Positions 21,384 through 27,873 of a stretch of 64,000 nt of DNA are shown piece by piece. The stretch's first letter is position 1. Each line of letters starts with the position of its first letter. The notes beneath the pieces were generated by a model. That model saw only the letters and a program-made list of their open reading frames with translations, was not told the DNA's origin and searched no databases. This DNA comes from a virus (Duplodnaviria > Heunggongvirae > Uroviricota > Caudoviricetes): IMG/VR virus record IMGVR_UViG_3300002834_000024, positions 192,001-256,000 of that record; one strand, given 5' to 3'. The position numbers were made by a program, and so were the translations under genes.

Positions 21384-21827
21384 ATGGCAGCAAGTAAATT
21401 TTTTCCAATGAGTGAGGATATTGTAGATTTAATCCTTGATGTAATGAAAGATGATACACCCTATCTGGCGACATTAGGTCTTGATTTTACTTATCTTGGA
21501 GTTGCAAAACAACCATCAATAATTAAAGTATCAAAGATTGCACCAATAGCTGAATATCTTATTGAAAAGGAAACAATTGTAATAACAATTTATGAACAAG
21601 CATTTGAAATGCTAACACCAGAATATAAGAAGATGGTTATAGCACATGCGTTAAATTCAATTGAATATGATTCAGATAAAGATAAATTGAATATTCGTGG
21701 AAATGGTGGAACAGCCATTGATGAAGGGATATACAACAAATATAAAGAAACATCTGTACTGGCAGTATTTGCTGGCGAACATGCAATCAGACAAATCGAA
21801 GAAGATAAGAAAAAAGATAAACAATAA
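21384..21827 (+). CDS. Phage metallopeptidase-like protein (degenerate HExxH)
   Basis: FEML...MVIAHALNSI resembles phage metallopeptidase domains. Confidence 0.45.
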   Translation: MAASKFFPMSEDIVDLILDVMKDDTPYLATLGLDFTYLGVAKQPSIIKVSKIAPIAEYLIEKETIVITIYEQAFEMLTPEYKKMVIAHALNSIEYDSDKDKLNIRGNGGTAIDEGIYNKYKETSVLAVFAGEHAIRQIEEDKKKDKQ

Positions 21828-22150
21828 TGGACAAAATTGAAATTAGAGTTGGTATTGGTTTGGATAGTATAACTTTTGCTATATTACCATCCAGAAGACA
21901 ATATATAAATAATTGTTATCCAGATACAATTCAAGCAAACTATGTTACCATTAACTATGATATTAATAAGTGTGAAAATGTTGAAAACTTTATTTTGAAG
22001 TATAAACATAATATTTCCACAATCTTATTTGGAATAGATAGTCAAATTGTTTTATCTGATGATAAAGTTAGAGAAATACAATTTGTGTATTCCAAAGACG
22101 AAAAAATATTATATACCTATACAATGTCAGATCATTGTAGAAAAATATAA
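21827..22150 (+). CDS. Hypothetical protein
   Basis: Coupled ORF. Confidence 0.6.
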   Translation: MDKIEIRVGIGLDSITFAILPSRRQYINNCYPDTIQANYVTINYDINKCENVENFILKYKHNISTILFGIDSQIVLSDDKVREIQFVYSKDEKILYTYTMSDHCRKI

Positions 22151-22154
22151 TATA

Positions 22155-22304
22155 TTATTTAGTTCTGATAATAGCACGTCTTGTATTCACTCTTGGAGTA
22201 ACCCCACCATAGTTACCATTAGGTTTAACCCCAATATTTCTTGGTGCTTGTTTTTGAACCTGTGTTTTAACAGCTGGTACAGCTCTTTTTGAACAATTGC
22301 ACAT
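22155..22304 (-). CDS. Small basic protein (49 aa, MCNCSKRAVP...)
   Basis: Hand translation; TATTTATA on minus strand just upstream. Confidence 0.55.
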   Translation of the reverse strand: MCNCSKRAVPAVKTQVQKQAPRNIGVKPNGNYGGVTPRVNTRRAIIRTK

Positions 22305-22419
22305 AATATTAATTATTTTAATATAAATATGATTAAAACTTGGAATATTGAAATATTTATACTATATTTATAAATGAAATTACAGAGGTAATTCAAGAAA
22401 AAAGAAAATAACAAGGTAA

Positions 22420-22516
22420 AGGAAATTCACAGCAATTTTTTAAAAATTAACAATTATTCAATTCAAAGACCGTAGGGTTGATCTATCGGGATCAACAAAC
22501 AAAAACAAATTTCCTG
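22420..22516 (+). ncRNA. ACAGCAA stem-loop RNA unit 1
   Basis: AGGAAATT/AATTTCCT closing stem, ACAGCAA after 5' arm, inner GTTGATC/GATCAAC hairpin. Confidence 0.5.
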
Positions 22517-22527
22517 TCTTTTTTAAA

Positions 22528-22587
22528 GGAAAACTAACAGCAATTTTTAAACATACAAATTTTAGGCGTGTATTAAAGAGTTTTCCG
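22528..22587 (+). ncRNA. ACAGCAA stem-loop RNA unit 2
   Basis: GGAAAACT/AGTTTTCC stem, ACAGCAA, inner ATACA/TGTAT hairpin. Confidence 0.5.
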
Positions 22588-22645
22588 TTTTTTTTTTGAA
22601 AATTTAGAAATAATCAATATATTTATATTTGATTAAAAATTATAT

Positions 22646-22717
22646 CGTGGGATGGAGAAGTGGTATCTCGTGGGGCCCATAACCCCAAGATCGCAGGATC
22701 GTAACCTGCTCCCGCAA
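22646..22717 (+). tRNA. tRNA-fMet (CAT), initiator
   Basis: C1:A72 mismatch, G-C-rich anticodon stem, CAT anticodon. Confidence 0.9.
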
Positions 22718-22727
22718 CAAACTTATA

Positions 22728-22793
22728 GGAAAACTAACAGCAATGTTTAAAAACCATCATTCTGAATCAATGACGACATTAAAATGTTTTCCG
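22728..22793 (+). ncRNA. ACAGCAA stem-loop RNA unit 3
   Basis: GGAAAAC/GTTTTCC stem, ACAGCAA, inner TCATT-CTGAATC-AATGA hairpin. Confidence 0.5.
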
Positions 22794-22842
22794 TTATTTT
22801 TTAAAAATTGAACTATTTATAATTCTAAAAGAAATTAAAAAA

Positions 22843-22977
22843 ATGTTTTTAGTAACAATGACATCTTATATTCAAAATTCTATCAATTTACGTGGTGGAA
22901 ATAAGAATAATAAACCCTTTGGTGATGATGAACAACCAAAAGGGCAAGACCTGTTATTGCAAAAATTTGAAACATAA
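22843..22977 (+). CDS. Attenuator leader peptide 1 (44 aa) for tRNA array 1
   Basis: MFLVTMTSYIQNSINLRGGNKNNKPFGDDEQPKGQDLLLQKFET; core matches array 1 amino acids; contains antiterminator arm 22948-22959. Confidence 0.8.
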   Translation: MFLVTMTSYIQNSINLRGGNKNNKPFGDDEQPKGQDLLLQKFET

Positions 22978-23006
22978 ATGAAGATATAAGTTTCCATAGT
23001 TTTTCA

Positions 23007-23065
23007 GAGAACTCTCAATAACAAGGTCAAGAATAGGGCAAGTTATTGGGAGTTTTCATTTTTTT
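23007..23065 (+). terminator. Attenuator terminator upstream of tRNA array 1
   Basis: 16-bp stem 23007-23022/23042-23057 followed by A and T7. Confidence 0.8.
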
Positions 23066-23108
23066 AACATCCAGTTCAAAAGAGTTTGAATAATTTGGAT
23101 TACTTTTG
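23064..23108 (+). promoter_or_regulatory. TTAACATCCAG box + TAnnTTTG promoter
   Basis: Box, 26 nt, TACTTTTG; tRNA-Glu follows. Confidence 0.75.
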
Positions 23109-23118
23109 TAAAAAATAT

Positions 23119-23193
23119 GGCGGTATCGTATAACGGTTAGTACGACTGACTTTCGCTCAGTAAATAGGGGTTCGATTCCCCTTACCGCTACCA
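23119..23193 (+). tRNA. tRNA-Glu (TTC)
   Basis: Cloverleaf, ACTGA-CTTTCGC-TCAGT, encoded CCA. Confidence 0.92.
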
Positions 23194-23198
23194 AGAAA

Positions 23199-23210
23199 GT
23201 TCTTTGAAAT
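23199..23210 (+). promoter_or_regulatory. boxA-like antitermination element
   Basis: GTTCTTTGAAAT resembles rrn boxA. Confidence 0.5.
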
Positions 23211-23217
23211 ATAAAAT

Positions 23218-23289
23218 TCCCCTGTAGCTCCAATGTAGAGCGACAGACTGTTAATCTGTGGGTTCGTGGTTCAAGTCCACGCAGGGGAG
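23218..23289 (+). tRNA. tRNA-Asn (GTT)
   Basis: ACAGA-CTGTTAA-TCTGT. Confidence 0.92.
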
Positions 23290-23297
23290 CTAAAAAA

Positions 23298-23374
23298 CGA
23301 AAGGTAGAGGAGTCTGGTTCCCTCGTCATCTGATGTGCAGGTGGAGTACAATGGTTCAAATCCATTACTTTCGA
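23298..23374 (+). tRNA. tRNA-like gene, Pro-type body with aberrant anticodon loop
   Basis: C1-G72/A73, D and T arms intact, loop GATGTGC lacks U33. Confidence 0.55.
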
Positions 23375-23381
23375 CTAATAT

Positions 23382-23457
23382 CTAGATGTATAGGAGTCTG
23401 GTTTATCTAGCTCGCCCTGGAAGCGAGATCACGTTGGTTCAAATCCAACCATCTAGA
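23382..23457 (+). tRNA. tRNA-Pro (TGG), atypical C33/A37
   Basis: CTCGC-CCTGGAA-GCGAG. Confidence 0.75.
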
Positions 23458-23464
23458 CACAAAT

Positions 23465-23538
23465 GCAGGTGTCGTATAACGGTATTATTATATCTGGCTT
23501 CCAACCAGAGGACGTGGGTTCGATTCCTATCACCTGCT
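23465..23538 (+). tRNA. tRNA-Gly (TCC)
   Basis: TCTGG-CTTCCAA-CCAGA. Confidence 0.92.
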
Positions 23539-23548
23539 CAACAAATAT

Positions 23549-23621
23549 GGGATTTGTGGTGTAATGGCTAGCATATAACACTGTCACTGTTAAGGTTGGG
23601 GTTCGAGTCCCCCAGATCCCG
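23549..23621 (+). tRNA. tRNA-Asp (GTC)
   Basis: TAACA-CTGTCAC-TGTTA. Confidence 0.88.
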
Positions 23622-23629
23622 CAAAAAAA

Positions 23630-23702
23630 CGAGTAGTCGCACAGTTGGTAGTGCGCTTGGTTTGGGACCAAGAGGTCGGGAGTTCGAGTCTCTCCTATTC
23701 GA
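23630..23702 (+). tRNA. tRNA-Pro (TGG)
   Basis: CTTGG-TTTGGGA-CCAAG. Confidence 0.92.
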
Positions 23703-23799
23703 CATAAAAATAGAAATTATGAAGAAGATTTTTAAAATAAAACGAAAACATATGCAGTCCCCATAGTCACTATCGGCTATGGGGTCGCTATCAGGCTAT

Positions 23800-23870
23800 T
23801 TCCTCATAGTTCAATGGTAGAACTCTACACTTTTAATGTAGATATTCAGGTTCGATTCCTGATGGGGAAA
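23800..23870 (+). tRNA. tRNA-Lys (TTT)
   Basis: CTACA-CTTTTAA-TGTAG. Confidence 0.9.
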
Positions 23871-23902
23871 CAAAAAAAAAATAGATATATGATAATTAAT
23901 AT

Positions 23903-23974
23903 GGTTTCATAGTTCAACGGATAGAATATTTGACTACGGATCAAAAGATGAGGGTTCAAATCCTTCTGAAATCA
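23903..23974 (+). tRNA. tRNA-Arg (ACG)
   Basis: TTTGA-CTACGGA-TCAAA. Confidence 0.92.
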
Positions 23975-23985
23975 CAAGCATATAT

Positions 23986-24057
23986 TGTCCTATGGTGTAG
24001 TTGGAAACACACATCCCTTTGACGGATGTATCTTTTGTTCGAGGCAAAATGGGACAA
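23986..24057 (+). tRNA. tRNA-Gln (TTG)
   Basis: CATCC-CTTTGAC-GGATG. Confidence 0.9.
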
Positions 24058-24076
24058 CAAATTAAAATATAATGTT

Positions 24077-24379
24077 ATGGATAAAATAATGATGTTTGAT
24101 AAAGAACATGAAGTTCTTGTTAGTAATGATACTAATGGATTAGTATGTGAAACTGAAATGATGAATATGATTGGGAAATCAACAATTCCAGTTTTTATGA
24201 ATAGAAAGCAAAAATTAGAAGAACATGCAAGTTTGTTGTTAAATGATTTAGATGTTGAAATTATTCAATCACATCCAGTTGAACCATCTAAAATTCATGT
24301 AAAAGTAAAATCATTTGAGGATTGGAAAGAATCTATAAAAGATATACCGCCAATTGGAGTAGTAACCATACCTAATTGA
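24077..24379 (+). CDS. Hypothetical protein
   Basis: First ATG clear of tRNA-Gln. Confidence 0.6.
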   Translation: MDKIMMFDKEHEVLVSNDTNGLVCETEMMNMIGKSTIPVFMNRKQKLEEHASLLLNDLDVEIIQSHPVEPSKIHVKVKSFEDWKESIKDIPPIGVVTIPN

Positions 24380-24393
24380 TAATACCATCTAAT

Positions 24394-24438
24394 TTAACAT
24401 CCAGTAAAATTTATTTTTATATAAGTTTATTATTTTTG
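24394..24438 (+). promoter_or_regulatory. TTAACATCCAG box + TAnnTTTG promoter
   Basis: Box, 26 nt, TATTTTTG. Confidence 0.75.
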
Positions 24439-24471
24439 TATCATTATTAACACAAATAATTTAAAAAAGTT

Positions 24472-24819
24472 ATGAGAATTGCATTTAGGCTTTGTGATAA
24501 TACAAAACAGTTAAAAACAACTGATAAAAATGCACATGTTTTTGAAAGAGTAGATGATACATTCATAATTCCAAGAAAAGGTGATGTAGTTGTTTTTTTT
24601 GGTATAAAATATGAGGTAATTTCAGTAGAATTTACCTATAAAGAAATATCATTATTAAATATGTATCATGATGAAGCAAAGAAGATTTATCCATTTATTG
24701 TGGGACAAGATGATAAAATAACAGATACGGTAACTGTTCATTTATTTGAATATAGTCCAAAAATAAAGAAAAAGGGGTTTATTCGCACACTTCTTTCACA
24801 TGGGTTTACTAATTTTTAA
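24472..24819 (+). CDS. Hypothetical protein
   Basis: ORF after promoter. Confidence 0.6.
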   Translation: MRIAFRLCDNTKQLKTTDKNAHVFERVDDTFIIPRKGDVVVFFGIKYEVISVEFTYKEISLLNMYHDEAKKIYPFIVGQDDKITDTVTVHLFEYSPKIKKKGFIRTLLSHGFTNF

Positions 24820-24848
24820 AATTCATATTTATAAGAAAATATGTTTTT

Positions 24849-25088
24849 ATGGAAAAAATTGAAAATATTATAAAAGAAACTATAACTGAATATGTTTTGC
24901 AACCAGAGGGGTTGGATCAAAAGATTAGAAATAAATTAACACCAATATATAATCTCATTGAAGTATTAAAAATGTATGATAAAGATCCAGATCCAAAAAT
25001 ATGGGCGTTTATTATGAAAGAAAACAGTATGGTTGAAAAATCTATTCAAGAGATATTGGAATTAACAAAAGATTATCAACACACTTAA
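24849..25088 (+). CDS. Hypothetical protein with propeptide-like N-terminus
   Basis: IENIIKETITE; TATTTATA upstream. Confidence 0.55.
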   Translation: MEKIENIIKETITEYVLQPEGLDQKIRNKLTPIYNLIEVLKMYDKDPDPKIWAFIMKENSMVEKSIQEILELTKDYQHT

Positions 25089-25102
25089 AATCATATAATG
25101 TT

Positions 25103-25315
25103 ATGACAGAAAAACAGAAACAAAAAATTTGGAATTTCAAGGATACCAATCTTCAACAATGGCAACATGAAAGAACTATTGTTGAAAATGAATTATCTAA
25201 TAATCAATCCATGTTTTGTGTTTGTGGTAAATTAGCCACAGGATTTCATGAAATGAATTGTAGAAAATTCAATGATAAAGTGGATATAGAAACTCTTAAA
25301 AGATTAAAATTATAA
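25103..25315 (+). CDS. Small zinc-binding hypothetical protein
   Basis: CVCG...H...C. Confidence 0.55.
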   Translation: MTEKQKQKIWNFKDTNLQQWQHERTIVENELSNNQSMFCVCGKLATGFHEMNCRKFNDKVDIETLKRLKL

Positions 25316-25317
25316 AA

Positions 25318-25362
25318 TTAACATCCAGAACACTTTTTATTAATATGTTATGTTTATCTTTG
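25318..25362 (+). promoter_or_regulatory. TTAACATCCAG box + TAnnTTTG promoter
   Basis: Box, 26 nt, TATCTTTG. Confidence 0.75.
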
Positions 25363-25415
25363 AGTAATTTTTAGAGATAAAAGGATATTTATTTAGTAGA
25401 AAAGATAAAAATAAT

Positions 25416-26147
25416 ATGATTATGAACAAAGATAAAAAAGACTTGATAGTTGAGAGTTATAAGAACAAATTTTCCTTTTTACTTGGATATGATCCAGAAA
25501 TTGGGGGCGAATTGATAGAAGCAAACCACCATAATTTTATGTCAGAAATTATGGGACAAGATTCATTCAATAAACAACCAATGCAAAGATTAGATGAAAT
25601 AACAACTGACAGATTGTTAGGAAAACATTATGAAAATGGATTTGTTATTCTGTCAGCATCAAGGAGTGAATTATCCGATGCAGAAAATGTAACACGAAAT
25701 CAAAAACTTTTAAATATTTTACAAAGTAGTAGTAATGTTTTTTCATTTTTACCAGTCTATGGTGGATATATCGAAAATAAGGGTACAGAAAACGAACAAC
25801 GTGTTTTTGAAAGAAGTTTTGTAATCTTGAATTTTGATAAAAATGGTAATGTTGGAGATTTTGATGATTTAATGAGTTTTTCACAAGAACTTTCTAATCG
25901 TTTTCATCAAGAAACATATCTTATCAAAAAACCAGGTAATGCACCACCATATTATATTCGTACAAAAAGTGGCAAGGTAGATTGGGAATTTACTGGTGAA
26001 ATCAAAATAGATGATTTAACACAAAAATATTTTACCCGATTAAGACAACTTGGAAAACAATTTACATTTGAAGGTGTTTATATTAATCCAAAACCAATGT
26101 GTTATAGTGAAAGACATTGTAGATATTTGAAAAATGAAATATTTTAA
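25416..26147 (+). CDS. Conserved phage hypothetical protein
   Basis: ILSASR..N..RN..L..PVYGGYIE..E.SF..F.QE pattern. Confidence 0.65.
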   Translation: MIMNKDKKDLIVESYKNKFSFLLGYDPEIGGELIEANHHNFMSEIMGQDSFNKQPMQRLDEITTDRLLGKHYENGFVILSASRSELSDAENVTRNQKLLNILQSSSNVFSFLPVYGGYIENKGTENEQRVFERSFVILNFDKNGNVGDFDDLMSFSQELSNRFHQETYLIKKPGNAPPYYIRTKSGKVDWEFTGEIKIDDLTQKYFTRLRQLGKQFTFEGVYINPKPMCYSERHCRYLKNEIF

Positions 26148-26189
26148 CATCCAGAAGATTGTTTTTTAAAAAAATTGTTTGTACTTTTG
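26144..26189 (+). promoter_or_regulatory. TTAACATCCAG box + TAnnTTTG promoter
   Basis: Box, 27 nt, TACTTTTG. Confidence 0.75.
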
Positions 26190-26195
26190 TATCAC

Positions 26196-26390
26196 ATATA
26201 GAGTAATCTATATTGTTTAAATTTAGTTATGAGGATGTGGACTGAATTGTGTGATGTATGTCATTGCAAAATGCACAATTCAAGGGATACAGCAAGACAG
26301 CTAACAAGGTGAATTAACATCAAAGGGTGAAAATCTCACAAACATAAGGTTGAAAGCCCGTAAAAGAATTTGATGCGTGTTGATTGTGTA
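26196..26390 (+). ncRNA. Candidate structured ncRNA
   Basis: Several stems with GNRA tetraloops directly after a promoter. Confidence 0.45.
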
Positions 26391-26463
26391 GTAATTATTT
26401 TAAACTTTTTTTTAAAAATTGAATTTATTGACTATTTATAATAAAATTAAAAATTTTTTAACA

Positions 26464-26574
26464 ATGAAACGATTTAGTTTACATATTAGTATTACCTTAT
26501 CAGCAATGGCGTATTGCTGGTTGGTGTCTTATTGTACACTTTTTACACATTTTGGTGGAATTGTTTCAAGTTAA
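26464..26574 (+). CDS. Attenuator leader peptide 2 (36 aa) for tRNA array 2
   Basis: MKRFSLHISITLSAMAYCWLVSYCTLFTHFGGIVSS; residues 4-30 all match array 2; antiterminator arm 26561-26570. Confidence 0.82.
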   Translation: MKRFSLHISITLSAMAYCWLVSYCTLFTHFGGIVSS

Positions 26575-26605
26575 TATTATATGAAATAAAGATAGGAAAG
26601 ATTAT

Positions 26606-26662
26606 AATCCCCTTGAAACAAATTAGTCAAAAAGTGATGAAAAGTTTTAAGGGGATTTTTTT
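26606..26662 (+). terminator. Attenuator terminator upstream of tRNA array 2
   Basis: 14-bp stem 26606-26619/26644-26657 with T tract ending 2 nt before first tRNA. Confidence 0.82.
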
Positions 26663-26664
26663 AT

Positions 26665-26736
26665 TGTGTTATAGTTCAGTGGTAGAACAGGTGTTTCATA
26701 GGCATCAAGTCGGGGGTTCAAATCCCTCTAACGCAA
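26665..26736 (+). tRNA. tRNA-Met (CAT), elongator (Ile2 not excluded)
   Basis: GGTGT-TTCATAG-GCATC. Confidence 0.8.
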
Positions 26737-26746
26737 CAAATATATT

Positions 26747-26831
26747 GGAGAGTAAACCTGGACATGGGTTAGGGACCGCCTGCTAAGCGGATCGTTCCGC
26801 AAGGAATTTGGATCGAGACCAATGCTCTCCG
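26747..26831 (+). tRNA. tRNA-Ser (GCT)
   Basis: CTGCTAA loop, long variable arm, G73. Confidence 0.9.
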
Positions 26832-26840
26832 CAAAATTTT

Positions 26841-26932
26841 GGAGGTGTAACCCTAATGTGTAAGGGACTGGTCTTGAAAACCAGCAGTAATCATGTAAAA
26901 GTGATGTGTCAGTTCGAGTCTGACCACCTCCG
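26841..26932 (+). tRNA. tRNA-Ser (TGA)
   Basis: CTGGT-CTTGAAA-ACCAG, long variable arm. Confidence 0.92.
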
Positions 26933-26944
26933 CCTTAATAATGA

Positions 26945-26956
26945 GGTCTTTGACAT
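26945..26956 (+). promoter_or_regulatory. boxA-like antitermination element
   Basis: GGTCTTTGACAT resembles rrn boxA. Confidence 0.5.
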
Positions 26957-26972
26957 GTTGGTAAAAATAAAT

Positions 26973-27060
26973 GAGAGTGCGCTAGCGTTGGAGAGCTGGG
27001 ATGGGCTGTAACCCCATTGCCTTTAACAGGGCTTAGTAGGTTCGATTCCTACCACTCTCA
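26973..27060 (+). tRNA. tRNA-Tyr (GTA)
   Basis: ATGGG-CTGTAAC-CCCAT, long variable arm. Confidence 0.92.
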
Positions 27061-27065
27061 CATAT

Positions 27066-27140
27066 GGGAATATCGTATAGGTGGTTATTGTACGCTGGAC
27101 TGAAAATCCAGAGGCTGGGGTTCAACTCCCTGTGTTCCCA
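27066..27140 (+). tRNA. tRNA-Phe (GAA)
   Basis: CTGGA-CTGAAAA-TCCAG. Confidence 0.92.
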
Positions 27141-27150
27141 CAATAAGTGA

Positions 27151-27234
27151 GGGGATGTGGCGAAATTGGTAGTACGCATCGGGTTTAAGCCCCGATTCCC
27201 AAAAGGAGTGTCGGTTCGAGTCCGACCATCCTCA
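27151..27234 (+). tRNA. tRNA-Leu (TAA)
   Basis: TCGGG-TTTAAGC-CCCGA. Confidence 0.92.
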
Positions 27235-27242
27235 CAACAAAT

Positions 27243-27327
27243 GGGGATATGGGGGAATTGGCAGACCCGCCTGTTTTAGGAACAGGTGCAGTAATGCGTG
27301 TGAGTTCGAGTCTCACTATCCCTACCA
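27243..27327 (+). tRNA. tRNA-Leu (TAG)
   Basis: CCTGT-TTTAGGA-ACAGG, encoded CCA. Confidence 0.92.
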
Positions 27328-27330
27328 AAT

Positions 27331-27401
27331 GTTCCATTAGCATAATGGTAGTGTACTGGTCTGCAAAACCAGGTGTATCCGTTCAATTCGGATATGGAAC
27401 T
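27331..27401 (+). tRNA. tRNA-Cys (GCA)
   Basis: CTGGT-CTGCAAA-ACCAG, U73. Confidence 0.92.
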
Positions 27402-27415
27402 CAAAAAATATTAAA

Positions 27416-27488
27416 GGGGCTGTCATATAGTTGGCTATTATGATAGATTTGCAATCTATTCACTGGGGTTCGAGACCCCACAGCTCCA
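27416..27488 (+). tRNA. tRNA-Ala (TGC)
   Basis: ATAGA-TTTGCAA-TCTAT, G3:U70. Confidence 0.92.
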
Positions 27489-27494
27489 CAAAAA

Positions 27495-27568
27495 GTTTCT
27501 GTATTTCAGTGGTTTAGAATGTTACTCTTACAAGGTAAAGGTCGTTGGTTCAAATCCAACCAGAAACA
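27495..27568 (+). tRNA. tRNA-Val (TAC)
   Basis: TTACT-CTTACAA-GGTAA. Confidence 0.92.
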
Positions 27569-27578
27569 CTCATAACAT

Positions 27579-27651
27579 TGGCACGTATATCAATGGTCAG
27601 ATTACCACCCTGATAAGGTGGGGGTTACTGGTTCAAGTCCAGTCGTGCCAA
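27579..27651 (+). tRNA. tRNA-Ile (GAT)
   Basis: CCACC-CTGATAA-GGTGG. Confidence 0.92.
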
Positions 27652-27666
27652 CTAAATTTTTTATAT

Positions 27667-27737
27667 AGGTACATGGTGTAATGGTAGCATTTTGGTCTCC
27701 AAAACCAACGATCAGGGTTCAAATCCTTGTGTACCTG
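27667..27737 (+). tRNA. tRNA-Trp (CCA)
   Basis: TTGGT-CTCCAAA-ACCAA, G73. Confidence 0.92.
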
Positions 27738-27743
27738 CTACAT

Positions 27744-27817
27744 GGTATCGCTGGTGTAATGGTTAGCATGGCACATTGTGAGTGTGTAGGTTAGGGGTTC
27801 AAGTCCCCTGCGATACC
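27744..27817 (+). tRNA. tRNA-His (GTG)
   Basis: G-1:C73, GCACA-TTGTGAG-TGTGT. Confidence 0.92.
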
Positions 27818-27873
27818 CAAATATTTGGAAAACAATTTTAAAAACAGTATTTTTGTATTAAAATTTTAAAAAT

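Noticed and set aside
22420-22793. ACAGCAA repeats as a mini CRISPR array
   Set aside because: Irregular spacing, each unit folds on itself, a tRNA lies between units, and no cas genes are recognisable.
22843-23065. T-box riboswitch explanation for the tRNA-array leaders
   Set aside because: No T-box consensus (AAnnnGGGTGGnACCRCG) or stem I seen; translated leaders explain the layout better.
23027-23671. Track ORFs 23027-23365, 23386-23571 and 23453-23671
   Set aside because: They overlap clear tRNA genes; shadow frames.
26514-27443. Track ORFs 26514-26786, 26808-27011 and 27249-27443
   Set aside because: They overlap leader 2, its terminator or tRNAs; spurious.
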